Origin: the human T2T-CHM13v2.0 reference genome, Homo sapiens
Strand: one strand, 5' to 3'
NCBI RefSeq assembly: GCF_009914755.1
Contig: NC_060928.1
DNA: 64,000 nt
The notes beneath the pieces were generated by a model that had not been told where the DNA came from, did not search any database, and worked only from the letters and a program-made list of their open reading frames with translations. The translations under genes were made by a program, and so were the position numbers. The stretch's first letter is position 1; each line of letters opens with the position of its first letter. This document shows, piece after piece, positions 13,345 through 24,915 of this stretch.

Positions 13345-13960
13345 TTCAATTCAGTAAGTTCAGCAATATGGATTGAAGACACACTCTGTATTTGGGATGT
13401 GGAAAGGTATAGGTATGGATAAAAAAGAAACTTGCCCCCCGCCCTCCAAATTAATTTTGTAGTCGAAAAAGGGCAGATTCAAATAGATAAGTTCAATATA
13501 TGTGTTGTGCTATCTATTATACATAATGACATAAAATCTTCCATAGGCAAATAGTGAAGTCCCTACTAAGACTGAGCTGCAAAAGGAAAGTGTGGGGTTT
13601 CAAGAGGAATAAGGATATTACCTAAATTAAGTATAGAAAAACAGTTAAGTTAATCAGGTAAGTGCATTACAGACAGATAGAATAACAGGAGCAGGGACGT
13701 GGAGATGTAACATCCTACATTCATTTATTCATTTTAAGATTTGTAGAGGCCAGCCACTACAAAATAGGCCAGCCACTGTTCAAGATGCTTTGGGAGCAGC
13801 AGTAAACAAAGTAATTCAAAAATCCCTCTTTTATGATATTTACACTTTTGAGGAAGAGGGCTTTTTATATAAATATACATATATATTCTATTAATAAACC
13901 ACATGTTCATATATGTGATAAAATATACTTTAATAAAATAAATGAATACAAGATACAGTA
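13345..13960 (-). mobile_element. L2 fragments (3' ends)
   Basis: 'cattcatttattcatt...ccactgttcaagatgctttggga...gtaaacaaa...aatccctcttttatgatatttaca' and an upstream L2-like segment. Confidence 0.55.
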
Positions 13961-13990
13961 CAATAGTTCTTAAATTTTAGCATGCATCAA
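13961..13990 (+). mobile_element. MER5A-like hAT terminus (truncated)
   Basis: 'caatagttcttaaattttagcatgcatca' matches the MER5A end 'cagtggttctcaaactttagcgtgcatca'. Confidence 0.5.
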
Positions 13991-16900
13991 TGGCATATTT
14001 AGGGTGCTGAAGGAAAAAAAAAATTACCCTAAAATAGTATATCCAGGGAAAGTATTCTCTAAACGTGAAGGAGAGATAAAGACTTTCCCAAACAAAAGTT
14101 GATGGATTTCACCACCATCATACATGTTCTACCAGAAATGCAAAAGAGAGTACTTCAATCAGAATTAAAAGAACATTAATGAGCAATAAACAATCACCTG
14201 AAGGTACAAAATTCAATGATGACATTAAGTACACAGAAAAACACAGAATATTATAACACTGTAACTATGGTGTGTAAACTACTGTTATTCTAAGTAAAAG
14301 ACTAAATGATAAACCAATAAAAAGTAATAACTACAATAATTTTTCAAGACAAAGTCAATACAATAAGACATAAATACAAACAACAAAATGTTAAAAAGCA
14401 GGGGGACAGAGTGAAAGCATAGAGCTTTTGTTAGTTTTCTTTTTGCTTGTCTGTGTTATGCAAACTGTGTTAAGTTGATATCAGGTTAAAATCATGAGTT
14501 ATATAATAATATTTGTAGGTGCAATGGTAACTTTTAACGAAAAAACACACAATGGCTACACTAAAAACAAAAAGCAATAAACTAAATCATATAACCAGAG
14601 AAAATCATCTTGACTAGAGGAATACAGGAAGAAAAGAAAGAAGGAAGAGAAGACCACAAACGAACCAGAAAGCAAATAACAAAATAGCAGGAGTAAGTCC
14701 TTGCTCATCAATTACAAAATGAAATGTAAATCGACTAAACTCTTGAATCAAAAGACATAGGCTGGATGGTTTTTTTTTTAAAAAGACCCATTGATCTGTT
14801 GCTGTCAAGAAACACACTTCAGCTATAAAGACATAAATGGACTAAATTTAAAGGAATGGGAAAAGATATTCCACGCCAATGGAAGGCAAAATAGAGCAGG
14901 AGTTGCTATACTTATATCAGACAAAATAAATTTCAAGACAAAACTATAAGAAGAGACAAAGAAAGTCACTATATAATGATAAAGGAGTCAATTCAGCAGG
15001 AAGATATAACATATATATATATATATATTATATATATATCCAACACTGGAACACTCAGATACATAAAGAAATATGATTAGAGCTAAAGAAAGAGATAGAT
15101 CCTGATACAAGAATAGCTGGAGACTTCAACACTATCCACTGTCAGCACTGGACAGATTATCTGGACAGAAAATCAACAACAACAACAACAACAAAAACAT
15201 TGAATTTAAACAGCACTATAAACCAAATGGAACTAATACATATTTACGAAACATTTCATCCAAGAGCTGTAAAATACACATTGTTTTCCTCAGCACATAG
15301 ATCATTCTCAAGGATAGGCCATATGTTAGGTCACAAAATAAGTTTTAAAACATTCCAAAAAAGCTAAAGTGATATCAAGCATTTTCTCTGACCACAACGA
15401 AATAAAGCTAGAAATTAATAACAAGAAGAGTTTTGGAAATTATACAAGTATATGGAAATTCAACAATATACTCCTGAATGACCAGTGGGTCAATGAAGAA
15501 AATAAGAAGAAAACTGGAAAATTTATTGAAACAAATGATAATGGAAACACAACATATCAAAACCTATGGCTTATAGCAAAAGCAGTACTCAGAAGGAATT
15601 TTATAGCTATAAGTGCCTACATCAAAAAAGAGGAAAAATCTCAAATAAACAACCTAACAATGAATCTTCAGAAACTCAAAAAGCAAGAGCAAACCAAGCC
15701 CAAAATTAGTAGAAGAAAATAAATAATAAAAATCAGAACGGAAATGAAAAAATAATACAAAAGTTCAATGAAACTTGTTTTTTCAAAAAGTTAAACAAAA
15801 TTGACAAATCTTTAGGCAGACTAAGAAAAAAGAAACAAATCCAATTAAATAAAAATCAGAAAAGGAAAAGGTGACTTTACAACAGATACTGCAGAAATTC
15901 GAAAGATCATTCGTGGCTACTATAAGCAACTATTTGCCAACAAATTGGAAAATCTAAAAGAAATTGACAAATTCATAGATATGTACAACCTACCAAAATT
16001 GAATCAGGAAGAAATCCAAAACCCAAACAGACCAGTAACAAGTAACAAGAACAAAGTATAATAAAACATTTCATGGTAAGAAAAACTTTGCCTGCTGAAT
16101 TTTACCAAACATTTATAGAAGAATTAATACCAATTCTATTCAAACTATTATGAAAAATGGAGGATGAGGAAATATTTTCAAACTCATTCTATGAGGCCAG
16201 TATTACCTTGATACCAAAACCAAAGACTCATTTGAAAGAAAAAATAAAATAAAATAAACTATAGGCCAATATCTCTGATTAATTTTGATTCAAAAATCCT
16301 TAACAGCACACTAGCAGACTGAATTCAAAAATACATTAGAAAGATCACTCATTATGACCAAGTGAGATTTATCCTGGGGATGCCAAAATGGTTCAAGATA
16401 CACAAATTAATCAATGCAATACATCACATCAACAGTGTGAAGGATAGAAACCACAAGATCATTTCAATTGACGCTGAAAAAGCATTTGATAAAATTCAAC
16501 ATTCCTTTATAATAAAAAAATTATTAAAAAACTGGGAATAGAGAGAACGTACCTCAACATAATGTAACCCATATATAACACACACACAGCTGGTATCATA
16601 CTGAATGGAGAAAAACTGAGTCCTCTAAAATCAGGAACACAACAGGGATGCCCACTGTCACCACTGTTATTCAACGTTGTACTGGAACTCCTAGTTAGAG
16701 CAATCAGATAAAAGAAAGGTATAAAAGGCATCCATATTGGAAAGAAAGAAGTCAAATTATTCTCATTTGCTTAAAATATGATCATGTATTTAGAAAAACC
16801 TAAAGAATCCACAAGAAAACTATTATAAATGATAAACCAATTCAGTAAGGCTGCAGGATACAAAATCAACATACAAAAATCAGTAGAATTTCTATATGCC

Positions 16901-18423
16901 AACAGTGAACAATGTGAAAAAGAAATTTTTAAAATCCTATAGCCACACATAAAATTAAATGTCTAGGTATTAGCCAAAGAAGTGAAAAATCTCTATAATA
17001 AAAACTGTAACACACTGATAAAAGAAATTGAAAAAAGGACACCAAAAAGTGGAAAAATATTTCATGTTTATGGATTAGAAGAATCAATATAATTAAAACA
17101 TCCATACTAGCCAAAGTATTTTATCGATTCAGTGCAACCTCTATCAAAATACCAATGTCATTCTTCACAGAAATAGAAAAAACAACCCTAAAATTTATAT
17201 GGAACCACAAAAGACCCAGAGTAACCAAAGCTATCTTAAGCAAAAAGAACGAAACTGGAGGAATCACATTACCTGACTTCAAATTATACTACAGAGCTAT
17301 AGTAACCAAAACAGCATGGTACTGGCATAAAAACAGACACATAGACTACTAGAACAGAATAGAGAACCCAGAAGCAAATCCACACACCTATATTGAATTC
17401 ACTTTTGACAAAGGTGTCAAGAATATACACTGGAGAAAACACAGCCTCTTCGATAAATGGTGCTGGGAAACCTGGATATCCACATGCAAAAGAATGAAAC
17501 TAGACCTCTATCTCTTGCCATACACAAAATCGAATCAAAATGGATTAAAGACTTAAATCTAAGACATCAAATTATGAAACTACTAAAATAAAACATTTGG
17601 GAAAAATCTCCAGGACATTAGTCTGGGTAAAGGCTTCTTGTGCAATACATCTCAAGCATAGGCAACCAAAGCAAACATGGGCAAATGGGATCACATCAAG
17701 TTAAAACATTTCTTTACAGGATACAATCACCAAAGGAAATAATTGACAAAGTGAAGATACAACTGACAGAATAGGAGAAAATATTTTCAAACTACCCATC
17801 TGACAAGGGATTAATAACCAAAATATATAAGGAGCTCAAACAAGTCTATAGAAAATAATCTAATAGTTTGATCAGAAGACAGACAAAAGATTTAAATAGA
17901 CATTTCTCAAAAGAAGACAAACAAATGGCAAACAGGCATATGAAAAGGTGCTCAACATCACTGACCATCAGAGAAATGCAAATCAAAACTACAATGAAAT
18001 ATCATCTCACCCCAGTTAAAGTGGCTTATAAACAAAAGATAGGCAATAACAAATGCTGATGAGGTTGTGGAGAAAAGGGAACCCTTGTACACTGTTGGTG
18101 GGAATGTACATTAGTAAATCTACTAGAGAAAACAGTTTAGAGGTTCCTCAAAAACTAAAATTTGAGCTACCATATGAGCCAGCAATCCCATTGCTGGGCA
18201 TATACCCTAAAGAAAGAAAATCAGTGTATTGAAGAGATATCTGCACTCCTGTGTTGCCGTACTGTTTACAATAGCTAAGATGTGGAAGCAACCTAGATGT
18301 CCATCAATAGATGAATGGATAAAGGAATTGTGGTACATATAAACAATGGAATACTATTTAGCCATAATAAAGAATGAGATTCAGACATTTGCAACAATAT
18401 GGATGTAACTAGAGATCATTATG
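13991..18423 (+). mobile_element. L1 (L1MA/L1PB-age) spanning end of ORF1, long inter-ORF spacer and disrupted ORF2; 3' UTR missing
   Basis: ORF2 peptides in the track: 15369-15722 'SDHNEIKLEINNK...TTYQNLW', 17155-17352 '[23 protein letters not shown]' and 17868-18059 'RHFSKED...REMQIKTT'. Many frameshifts and stops. Confidence 0.97.
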
Positions 18424-19085
18424 GATTACCCTAGCTGCCCTATTGGGAATTGATGAGAGTGAAAGAAGGCAGGAAAATGAGACCAATAAGGAAGCTATTA
18501 TAATACTAGTAGTAACAAGAATGACGAAGGCTTGGACCAGGGTGCAAGCTGTGATACTAGTGAAAGCATGCCAGAGTGCATGTAGAAAGATATATTTTGA
18601 ATGTAGAGGCATAAGATTAATGGATTAGATTCGGGATATGAAATAAAGAAAAGGGTCAAAAGTGATTCCTGAAAGTTTGGTTTTAGCACATGGAAGTATT
18701 GACTTGCCATCAACTTGGATTGAAAAGATATGAAATTAGAGGATTCAGTTAGAAAAGTCAGAAGCTCAGTTTCACCATGGTCATTTTGAGACATCTATTA
18801 TAAACTTAGGTAAGAATGTAGAGCAGGCAATTATATTTAGGTACTTGGAGATCAGGATAGAAATTGAGTTTGAGACACAAACTTGAATTTCTGTCTGTTG
18901 ACAGAAAAGATATATCATCAAAGGACTAAGATTCAAGGTGATACAAGGTAAGGCGCTTAGGGGGAACAATGTAAAGAGAAATAGCAATAACAGCCAGTAA
19001 TGTAAGAAGAACCCAGGGGCAGATACTGTCATGAACACTAAAGGAAGAGAATATTTCAAGGCAGAGAAACTGAGCAGCAAAAATA
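18424..19085 (-). mobile_element. L2 body fragment
   Basis: 'gagaccaataaggaagctatt', 'ggcttggaccagggtg', 'tgattcctgaaagtttggttttagca' and 'ttttgagacatctatta'. Confidence 0.75.
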
Positions 19086-20059
19086 AGCAGATATATGCAG
19101 GGTTTAAGGAAAAGTTACAATCAAAAATTATTATGATTGGCAGAATTTGGTTAGGAGTTGACCTGGGGAAAAGAGGAAGACAATTCTTCTGTTTCATCTT
19201 TTTATTAAACAATTGGTCCCTGTTATTTACTCCTGAAGAGAAAATAATTATTGCTTTGGAGATAAAACCAAGAACTTACGTGTGTTTCCCTTTAGAAACC
19301 CTCTGCCTATTCTGATGAGGCTGAAACTCTTTAGCTCTGTGAATATAATTTATTTAATGCCTGGAAATAATATAATGAGTGAATTCAGGTACTAAACACA
19401 ACTAAAGAAAATAGCTTATTTTCTGAGATAAGTAGAATAATTGTGGGTATTTTTTATATCTAAAAGGTAGGTTCCATCAACGATTCTTGAAAATAACAAT
19501 GTAGTTAGCTTTTAAAAAAATGAAAATAATGATGTACTTTGAAGCAGACCTCAAAATTATCTGTCTTTAATAGAAAGTCATTATGCATTCTCACGTAATG
19601 CTAGAGCAAGTGCTGACTGCTATTTCCAACTGGGAAAAGTAAAGTAGTATCCTATCAATTGGCAAATAGCAAGTGATTCTTGGTGATGAAAATAATTATG
19701 ACATATTATCTATAATATGCATCTTCGAGAGGAAGGTGATTTACTTGGGACACATTAACAGGAGAAAAAACATTTGGGGATGCAAATAGTTCTCTTTAAG
19801 ATGACTGTTTATGCTGAAATATTAAGTTTCCATTTGTGGTAAATGGGAAAGCAGATGGCTAAAGAAAAATATTTTGTCAAGTTTGAAACATAAACCACCT
19901 AGTTGTAGGAAAAAATGTCTTTCTCATCACTGGAAGGAGTAAAGAGTGAAAAATAAACATAAATAGACTGATTTTTCCAGAATAGCATTTCCCTTTGGGT
20001 TTTGAGCACCCATTAACTTAAATATCTCTCCACAGCTAACTGATTAGTCAATTATGCTT

Positions 20060-20180
20060 ATATTCAGCAGATACTTATTGAGCTTCTGCTATGTTCCGGC
20101 ACTGTTTTCTTGTCGCTGTGGGGATACAGAAAGCAATCAGACATAAATTCTGACTTTTAGGCTGTAATGATGTGGTAGTA
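20060..20180 (-). mobile_element. L2 3' end fragment
   Basis: 'attcagcagatacttattgagcttctgctatgttccggcactgtt'. Confidence 0.65.
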
Positions 20181-20479
20181 AAATTAAGGCATGTCCTGAA
20201 TTTGTTCAATACCAAATATTTATTAACTGCTTACTTTGTTTGCAGAAATACCAGTAGAAAGAAATAAATGAAGATGTAAAAATGAACTTGGCACTTTTAA
20301 ATTAGTATGTAAGTGGTGGTTAATATTAATATTCCATAGTCCTTTCTGGTTTTAAATGAAACGATGGGACAATATGAAATGTACTACCTTCTACTTCTGT
20401 ATTATTTAATTTGTTTAAGTATATGAATTACTTTATTATTTTATTATTATTATTAATACTTGTAATAATTGTTATTTTT

Positions 20480-20680
20480 TCTGTGCTTTCTATGTGTCAG
20501 TCCTTATATGCATTATCTTATTTAATTGTCAAAGCAATTCATGATGAAAGTACTTACAGTAAATCCAATTTATAAATGTGGCAACTGAGTCTTAGGATAG
20601 CTATTTACTTTGCCAAAGATCACATCCAGCAGCAAAATCATATTTTAACCCTGTAGCCCTAGAGTATGGCTTCAATACTG
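20480..20680 (-). mobile_element. MIR
   Basis: 'cattatcttatttaatt...ccaatttataaatgtggcaactgagtcttag...tttgccaaagatcacatccag'. Confidence 0.7.
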
Positions 20681-21094
20681 TTTTATCTTCTACTACACAC
20701 AAGCACAAAATAAACATGTGAGGTGGAAGTACGAGAGGTTAAATAAGAAGCAAATGGAAAGTTTTGTGGAAGAAGTAGCTTTTGTTGGATTGCCTTTGAT
20801 TGTGAATACCATTTCAATAGGAAATATTGCAACATGCAAGTCACTAATAAATGGAAACAGAGTTTGATTGGAATGTACAGTTTTTGATTGAGATATTTAT
20901 GGAGTTGTATTAAAAACTTATTCAGGATCTTGATCATGAAAATCCTCAAAAAAACAAACCAGGTAGAGGAAATAGTTTCAATTTTACTGTAAAGGCACTG
21001 ACAAGATACCAGTGGATTAATCTGATGGCAGTCTGTCAAATGGACTAGAGATGTTGGAAATTGAATGAGAGAACAGTTAAAGGTCTGTTTGCAA

Positions 21095-21215
21095 ATTATA
21101 GATCAATGCTTCCTTGGGGATCTTGTTAAAATTTATATTCTGATGCAGTGAATCAGAGAGAAGCCCTAGAATCTCAATTTATATCAAGCATCCAGATGAT
21201 CCCTTTGCTACTATT
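21095..21215. mobile_element. MER5-type hAT MITE fragment
   Basis: 'gggatcttgttaaaat...attctgat...agaatctcaattt...caagcatccagatgat'. Confidence 0.55.
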
Positions 21216-21227
21216 CCAGAACAAATT

Positions 21228-21463
21228 AATGGTTCTCAACACAGGGCATTTTGCCCTCCAGAGGACATTTCACAATGTCTGGAGACATTTTTGGTTGTCC
21301 AAATTCGGGGGTGGAAGTTGCTACTGCCATCCAGTGGTGAGTATAGCCAACAATGCTATATAGCCCAAGGATGGTGTGAAACCTTCTACAATGTACAATG
21401 GAACCCCCACGACAAATAATTATCCAACCAAAATGTTGGTAGTGCTGAGGTTAAGAAACCCTG
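21228..21463 (+). mobile_element. MER20 (hAT-Charlie MITE)
   Basis: 'tggttctcaac...ttttgccctccagaggacatttcacaatgtctggagacatttttggttgtc...agtgctgaggttaagaaaccctg'. Confidence 0.9.
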
Positions 21464-21946
21464 CACTATAATAATAACATTAGCAGAAAATTGATAGCAT
21501 ATTGTTCACAGGAAAATGTTTAAAATGTTTGGAAAATGAATTCATTCTTTCACATGGCCGGAGTCAAGGTCACAGAGCTGGAAGTGTGACAAAAAATTGT
21601 CAACTCTGATGTATGTGCAATTACTAAAGAAAATCTAATGCCTCTAACAGAATGATCTCAGACTAATATTAAGAATTAAATTCCACACATTTCTCACAAA
21701 CGCAAGGTATCCTCTTTTTTTTTTTTTTTTCCTGATTTTTCTTTATCCAGGACTTTTAAATCACTGATCAGCACTTGCCTCTACTATTCCCACTTACTTT
21801 CTATCTTGGAGTGAAACATTCCCACCAGTTATTCCAGTTTACCTATTTCCACATTTACTGGAACTTACTACATCTAATTAGAGATTCAGTTATTTGTATA
21901 CACATTATTCTACCCTCTCTTATTTTTGCCAGCATAACCTTAATTT

Positions 21947-22534
21947 TGTGGCAAGCCCAGGACAGTGCCCATGACTGTTCAAAGCCAATGTTAATATTGC
22001 CATTACCCACTATTTTTAGTCCTCCATCAAAAAATGATGTCTATACATATGACCAATCAGATCAATATCACATCATTTAAGGTCTGCTAGAGAAATCTCT
22101 AGGAAAGTTATTACATTCCTTGAATCAAAGAGCAGAGGTACAGATGTGACTGTCTCCTTCCTCCTACCATCAATATCAATGTGAGTCTAGGATTCAGCAA
22201 TCATTCTTGCTGTCCTGTGAGAAGAACATTGGTCCTTCCATTACTGAGCCACTGAACAGAGACTTTAATCACCTACTTCAAGAATTCTTGACAAATAAGA
22301 AAAATAAGGGAGGAGGCTGAAGAATAAAAAATTACTTAATAGGTATAATGAACACTATTCCAGTGATGGCTGCACTGAAAGCTCAGACTTCACTATTGTG
22401 CAATATATCCGCGTAACAAAATTGTAGCTGTACTCTCTAAATTAATAAAAATAAAAAAAGAAACTCCTATTTACTCAACCAACTACACACATAATTTCTA
22501 TTTTTGCGGCAAAATATAATTTTATCTGACGTAC
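21947..22534 (+). mobile_element. Ancient ERVL LTR (LTR16/LTR67-like) interrupted by an L1 3' end
   Basis: 'actgagccactgaac...cacctacttcaagaattcttg...gaaaaataa'. LTR-like end after the L1 tail. Confidence 0.5.
22308..22460 (+). mobile_element. Severely 5'-truncated L1 (L1PB-type 3' end with A tail)
   Basis: 'aaaaattacttaataggtataatgaacactatt...gatggctgcactgaaagctcagacttcactattgtgcaatatatcc...aataaaaataaaaaaa'. Confidence 0.85.
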
Positions 22535-23535
22535 ATTTTCTTTCCACCTCCTCTGAGTCTATGGCCCATCAGTTTTCACCTAACTCTTTACAATTTTCAT
22601 TCATTCCTTCTCGAATCTCACCTTCCCAAACCTGTAAACAGGCTCCACTTTCTTCTACATCCCCCCAACAAAAAACTAGAGCAAACCAAGACATACGTAT
22701 ATATACATCTGTATATCAAAGAAATACTAGATGTATTTACTTGTTTTCTGAGTATTACTTAAAGTTTACAGCAGAATTCTGTATTTGTTATAGTTTGACA
22801 ATGAATGGAAAGACAAGTGCTTAACTCCCTCTTCATATCATATTTCTTGTTTCTTTTTTTTCTTTCAAATTGAATATAGGCTTATCTAAATTTCTATGTC
22901 CTTACACTTCAGTTTAAAATTCTACGTAGTAACAGATTAATCACTTTGTGGAAAAAAAAAAAACAAACGGAAAGTCAAATGTGTCTTTCTTTCTTTTTTA
23001 TTATTAAAATGTTATCTTAAAGAATACCTGCAACCTCCACAGTATATTTTCAAATGCCGTATATGGTGTTAACTATATATCTCCTTTCAAGAACATCTAT
23101 ACAAATTGTGGAACAGTGAACAATAACAAAAAAGTTTTGATTTCCTCTAATTTGAGTTCCACTGTCAAATCTACTTGTCTAACATCTATCTTGTCAATGT
23201 TCTTTCAGCACATCTTAAAATTACACAACAATGCTTAGATAATTGGTAAGGCATTTTCAGAATGCCATGGGTAGATTAGACATTCTCTCAAATCCAAAAT
23301 AGAATAACAAGTCTTAGCTCTCCCCTGTTGAGAAGCTTACTAATTCAAGGATTGTGCAAATTCTCACAGATGCCAGTGTTCCCACAGAGAACTGAGCTAG
23401 TACTGCTACCTTTTTACTTGTGACACCTCATATAATTAAGAAAATTACAGTTATGCTCCTTTCTTCAAGACAGAGAGCAAAAACTATCCTTGGGCTCTTT
23501 CCAAACATAAATGGGCAATAAATCTCTCTCCAAGC

Positions 23536-23546
23536 TCTTTTCTTCT

Positions 23547-23581
<35 letters not shown>

Positions 23582-23806
23582 TTCTTCTTTTTTTCTTCTT
23601 CTTTTCTTCTTCTTCTTCTTCTTTTCTTCTTCTTCTTTTCTTCTTCTTCTTCTCTTCTTCTTCTTCTTCTTTTCTTCTTCTTCTTTTTCTTCTCCTCCTT
23701 CTCCTCCTTCTCCTGCTTCTCCTCCTTCTCCTCCTTCTCCTCCTTCTCCTTCTTCTTCTTCTCTTGCTCTCTTTCTCCTTCTCCTTCTCCTTCTTTTTCT
23801 TCTTCT
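23536..23806. repeat. Compound (TTC)n/(TCC)n polypyrimidine repeat
   Basis: About 270 bp of C/T with only two G interruptions. TTC triplets grade into TCTCCTCCT 9-mers and CTCCTT 6-mers. Confidence 0.98.
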
Positions 23807-24846
23807 GGTTAAGAGGAACATGAAAAAACATACAGACATTACATTTTTTAATATTGGTCTACAGACTGGTGAAAAAGTTTAATTTAATTTATGCCTGCTG
23901 CTGCTCATGCTCTCTCATTTAGAATGATGTGATAATGATTACATTAACATAATCCATCTAAGGTGAACTTTACGATATGTACCAATGCACTCCACGAAGG
24001 TGGGAGGTTGGAATAGAGGTGAAAAGAAATTCCTAGAAGATGTAATATATTAGTCTATGCATAGTATCTTTTTATCTCTAAAAACAGGGAGAGACAGAGT
24101 ACAGGTACTAAAACTACCACCTCCACCTCAGTGTGTCTCAGACGCAGTGTGCCAGCTCCATCTAATTCCTCCCTGGTTCACTGATTTCTTCAGTTACTTG
24201 CGCTATATTGATCTTCACTTTGTTGTCTCAGAGCAATTATACAAATTGCAGAGTATTCTTAGTATCTATGTCTACAATAACTTAATGCTATTATTTTAAG
24301 TTCTCAATCTTAGTCAACTATAGTTCCATAGCTATGTTCTTAAATTCTCACTACTTAAGAAAGACCTTTTCTTCAGCTGTGACACACTGACCAGAAAATG
24401 TGGTACATGCTCACTTCTAGCAGCATTTCTCTGAAGTTTATTTTTTTGTTTCTTTGTTTGTTTGTTTTTGTTTTTTTTCCACCTGAGAACTCGGAATTGT
24501 GCTATTAAGGAAATGGGTGTGTGGAACTGATAAGTATTCCTCTTTCTATCTTTAGAGAAAAAGTACAGCTTCCATGTTGAGGAGCTACTGAAAAGGATAC
24601 AGATTCCATGAAAATCTTTGTTCATCACTTTGATTGAATGTACCATATCTTTCTTTACTTCATCAAGTAATCCCACCATGAACTTGGCTATGAACACATA
24701 TACTCAGTACACAGTAGCATAAATGATAAATGATATTTTCTTCTCTCATATGATTATGTCCTAATTTATATGAAAGGAGAACACTTTCTTTTGCATTTAT
24801 AGGATTATTTAATTCAATAATAAATTACAAATTTAAATACTCAGTT

Positions 24847-24915
24847 AATATATATATAATATATACCTATACATCATATATAGATATATTATATATACAC
24901 ACACATATATATATA
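24847..24915. repeat. TA-rich simple repeat
   Basis: Directly visible. Confidence 0.85.

Noticed and set aside
13747-13777. 12-bp direct repeat aggccagccact
   Set aside because: It is an ordinary small tandem duplication in a decayed L2.
15369-18059. Endonuclease/reverse-transcriptase-like peptides (also 42270-42878)
   Set aside because: They are disrupted L1 ORF2 remnants, not an intact or novel RT system.
23465-23882. Three overlapping 115-124 aa ORFs (poly-R/E/K and poly-S/F)
   Set aside because: They are translations of the stop-free TTC/TCC repeat, not genes.
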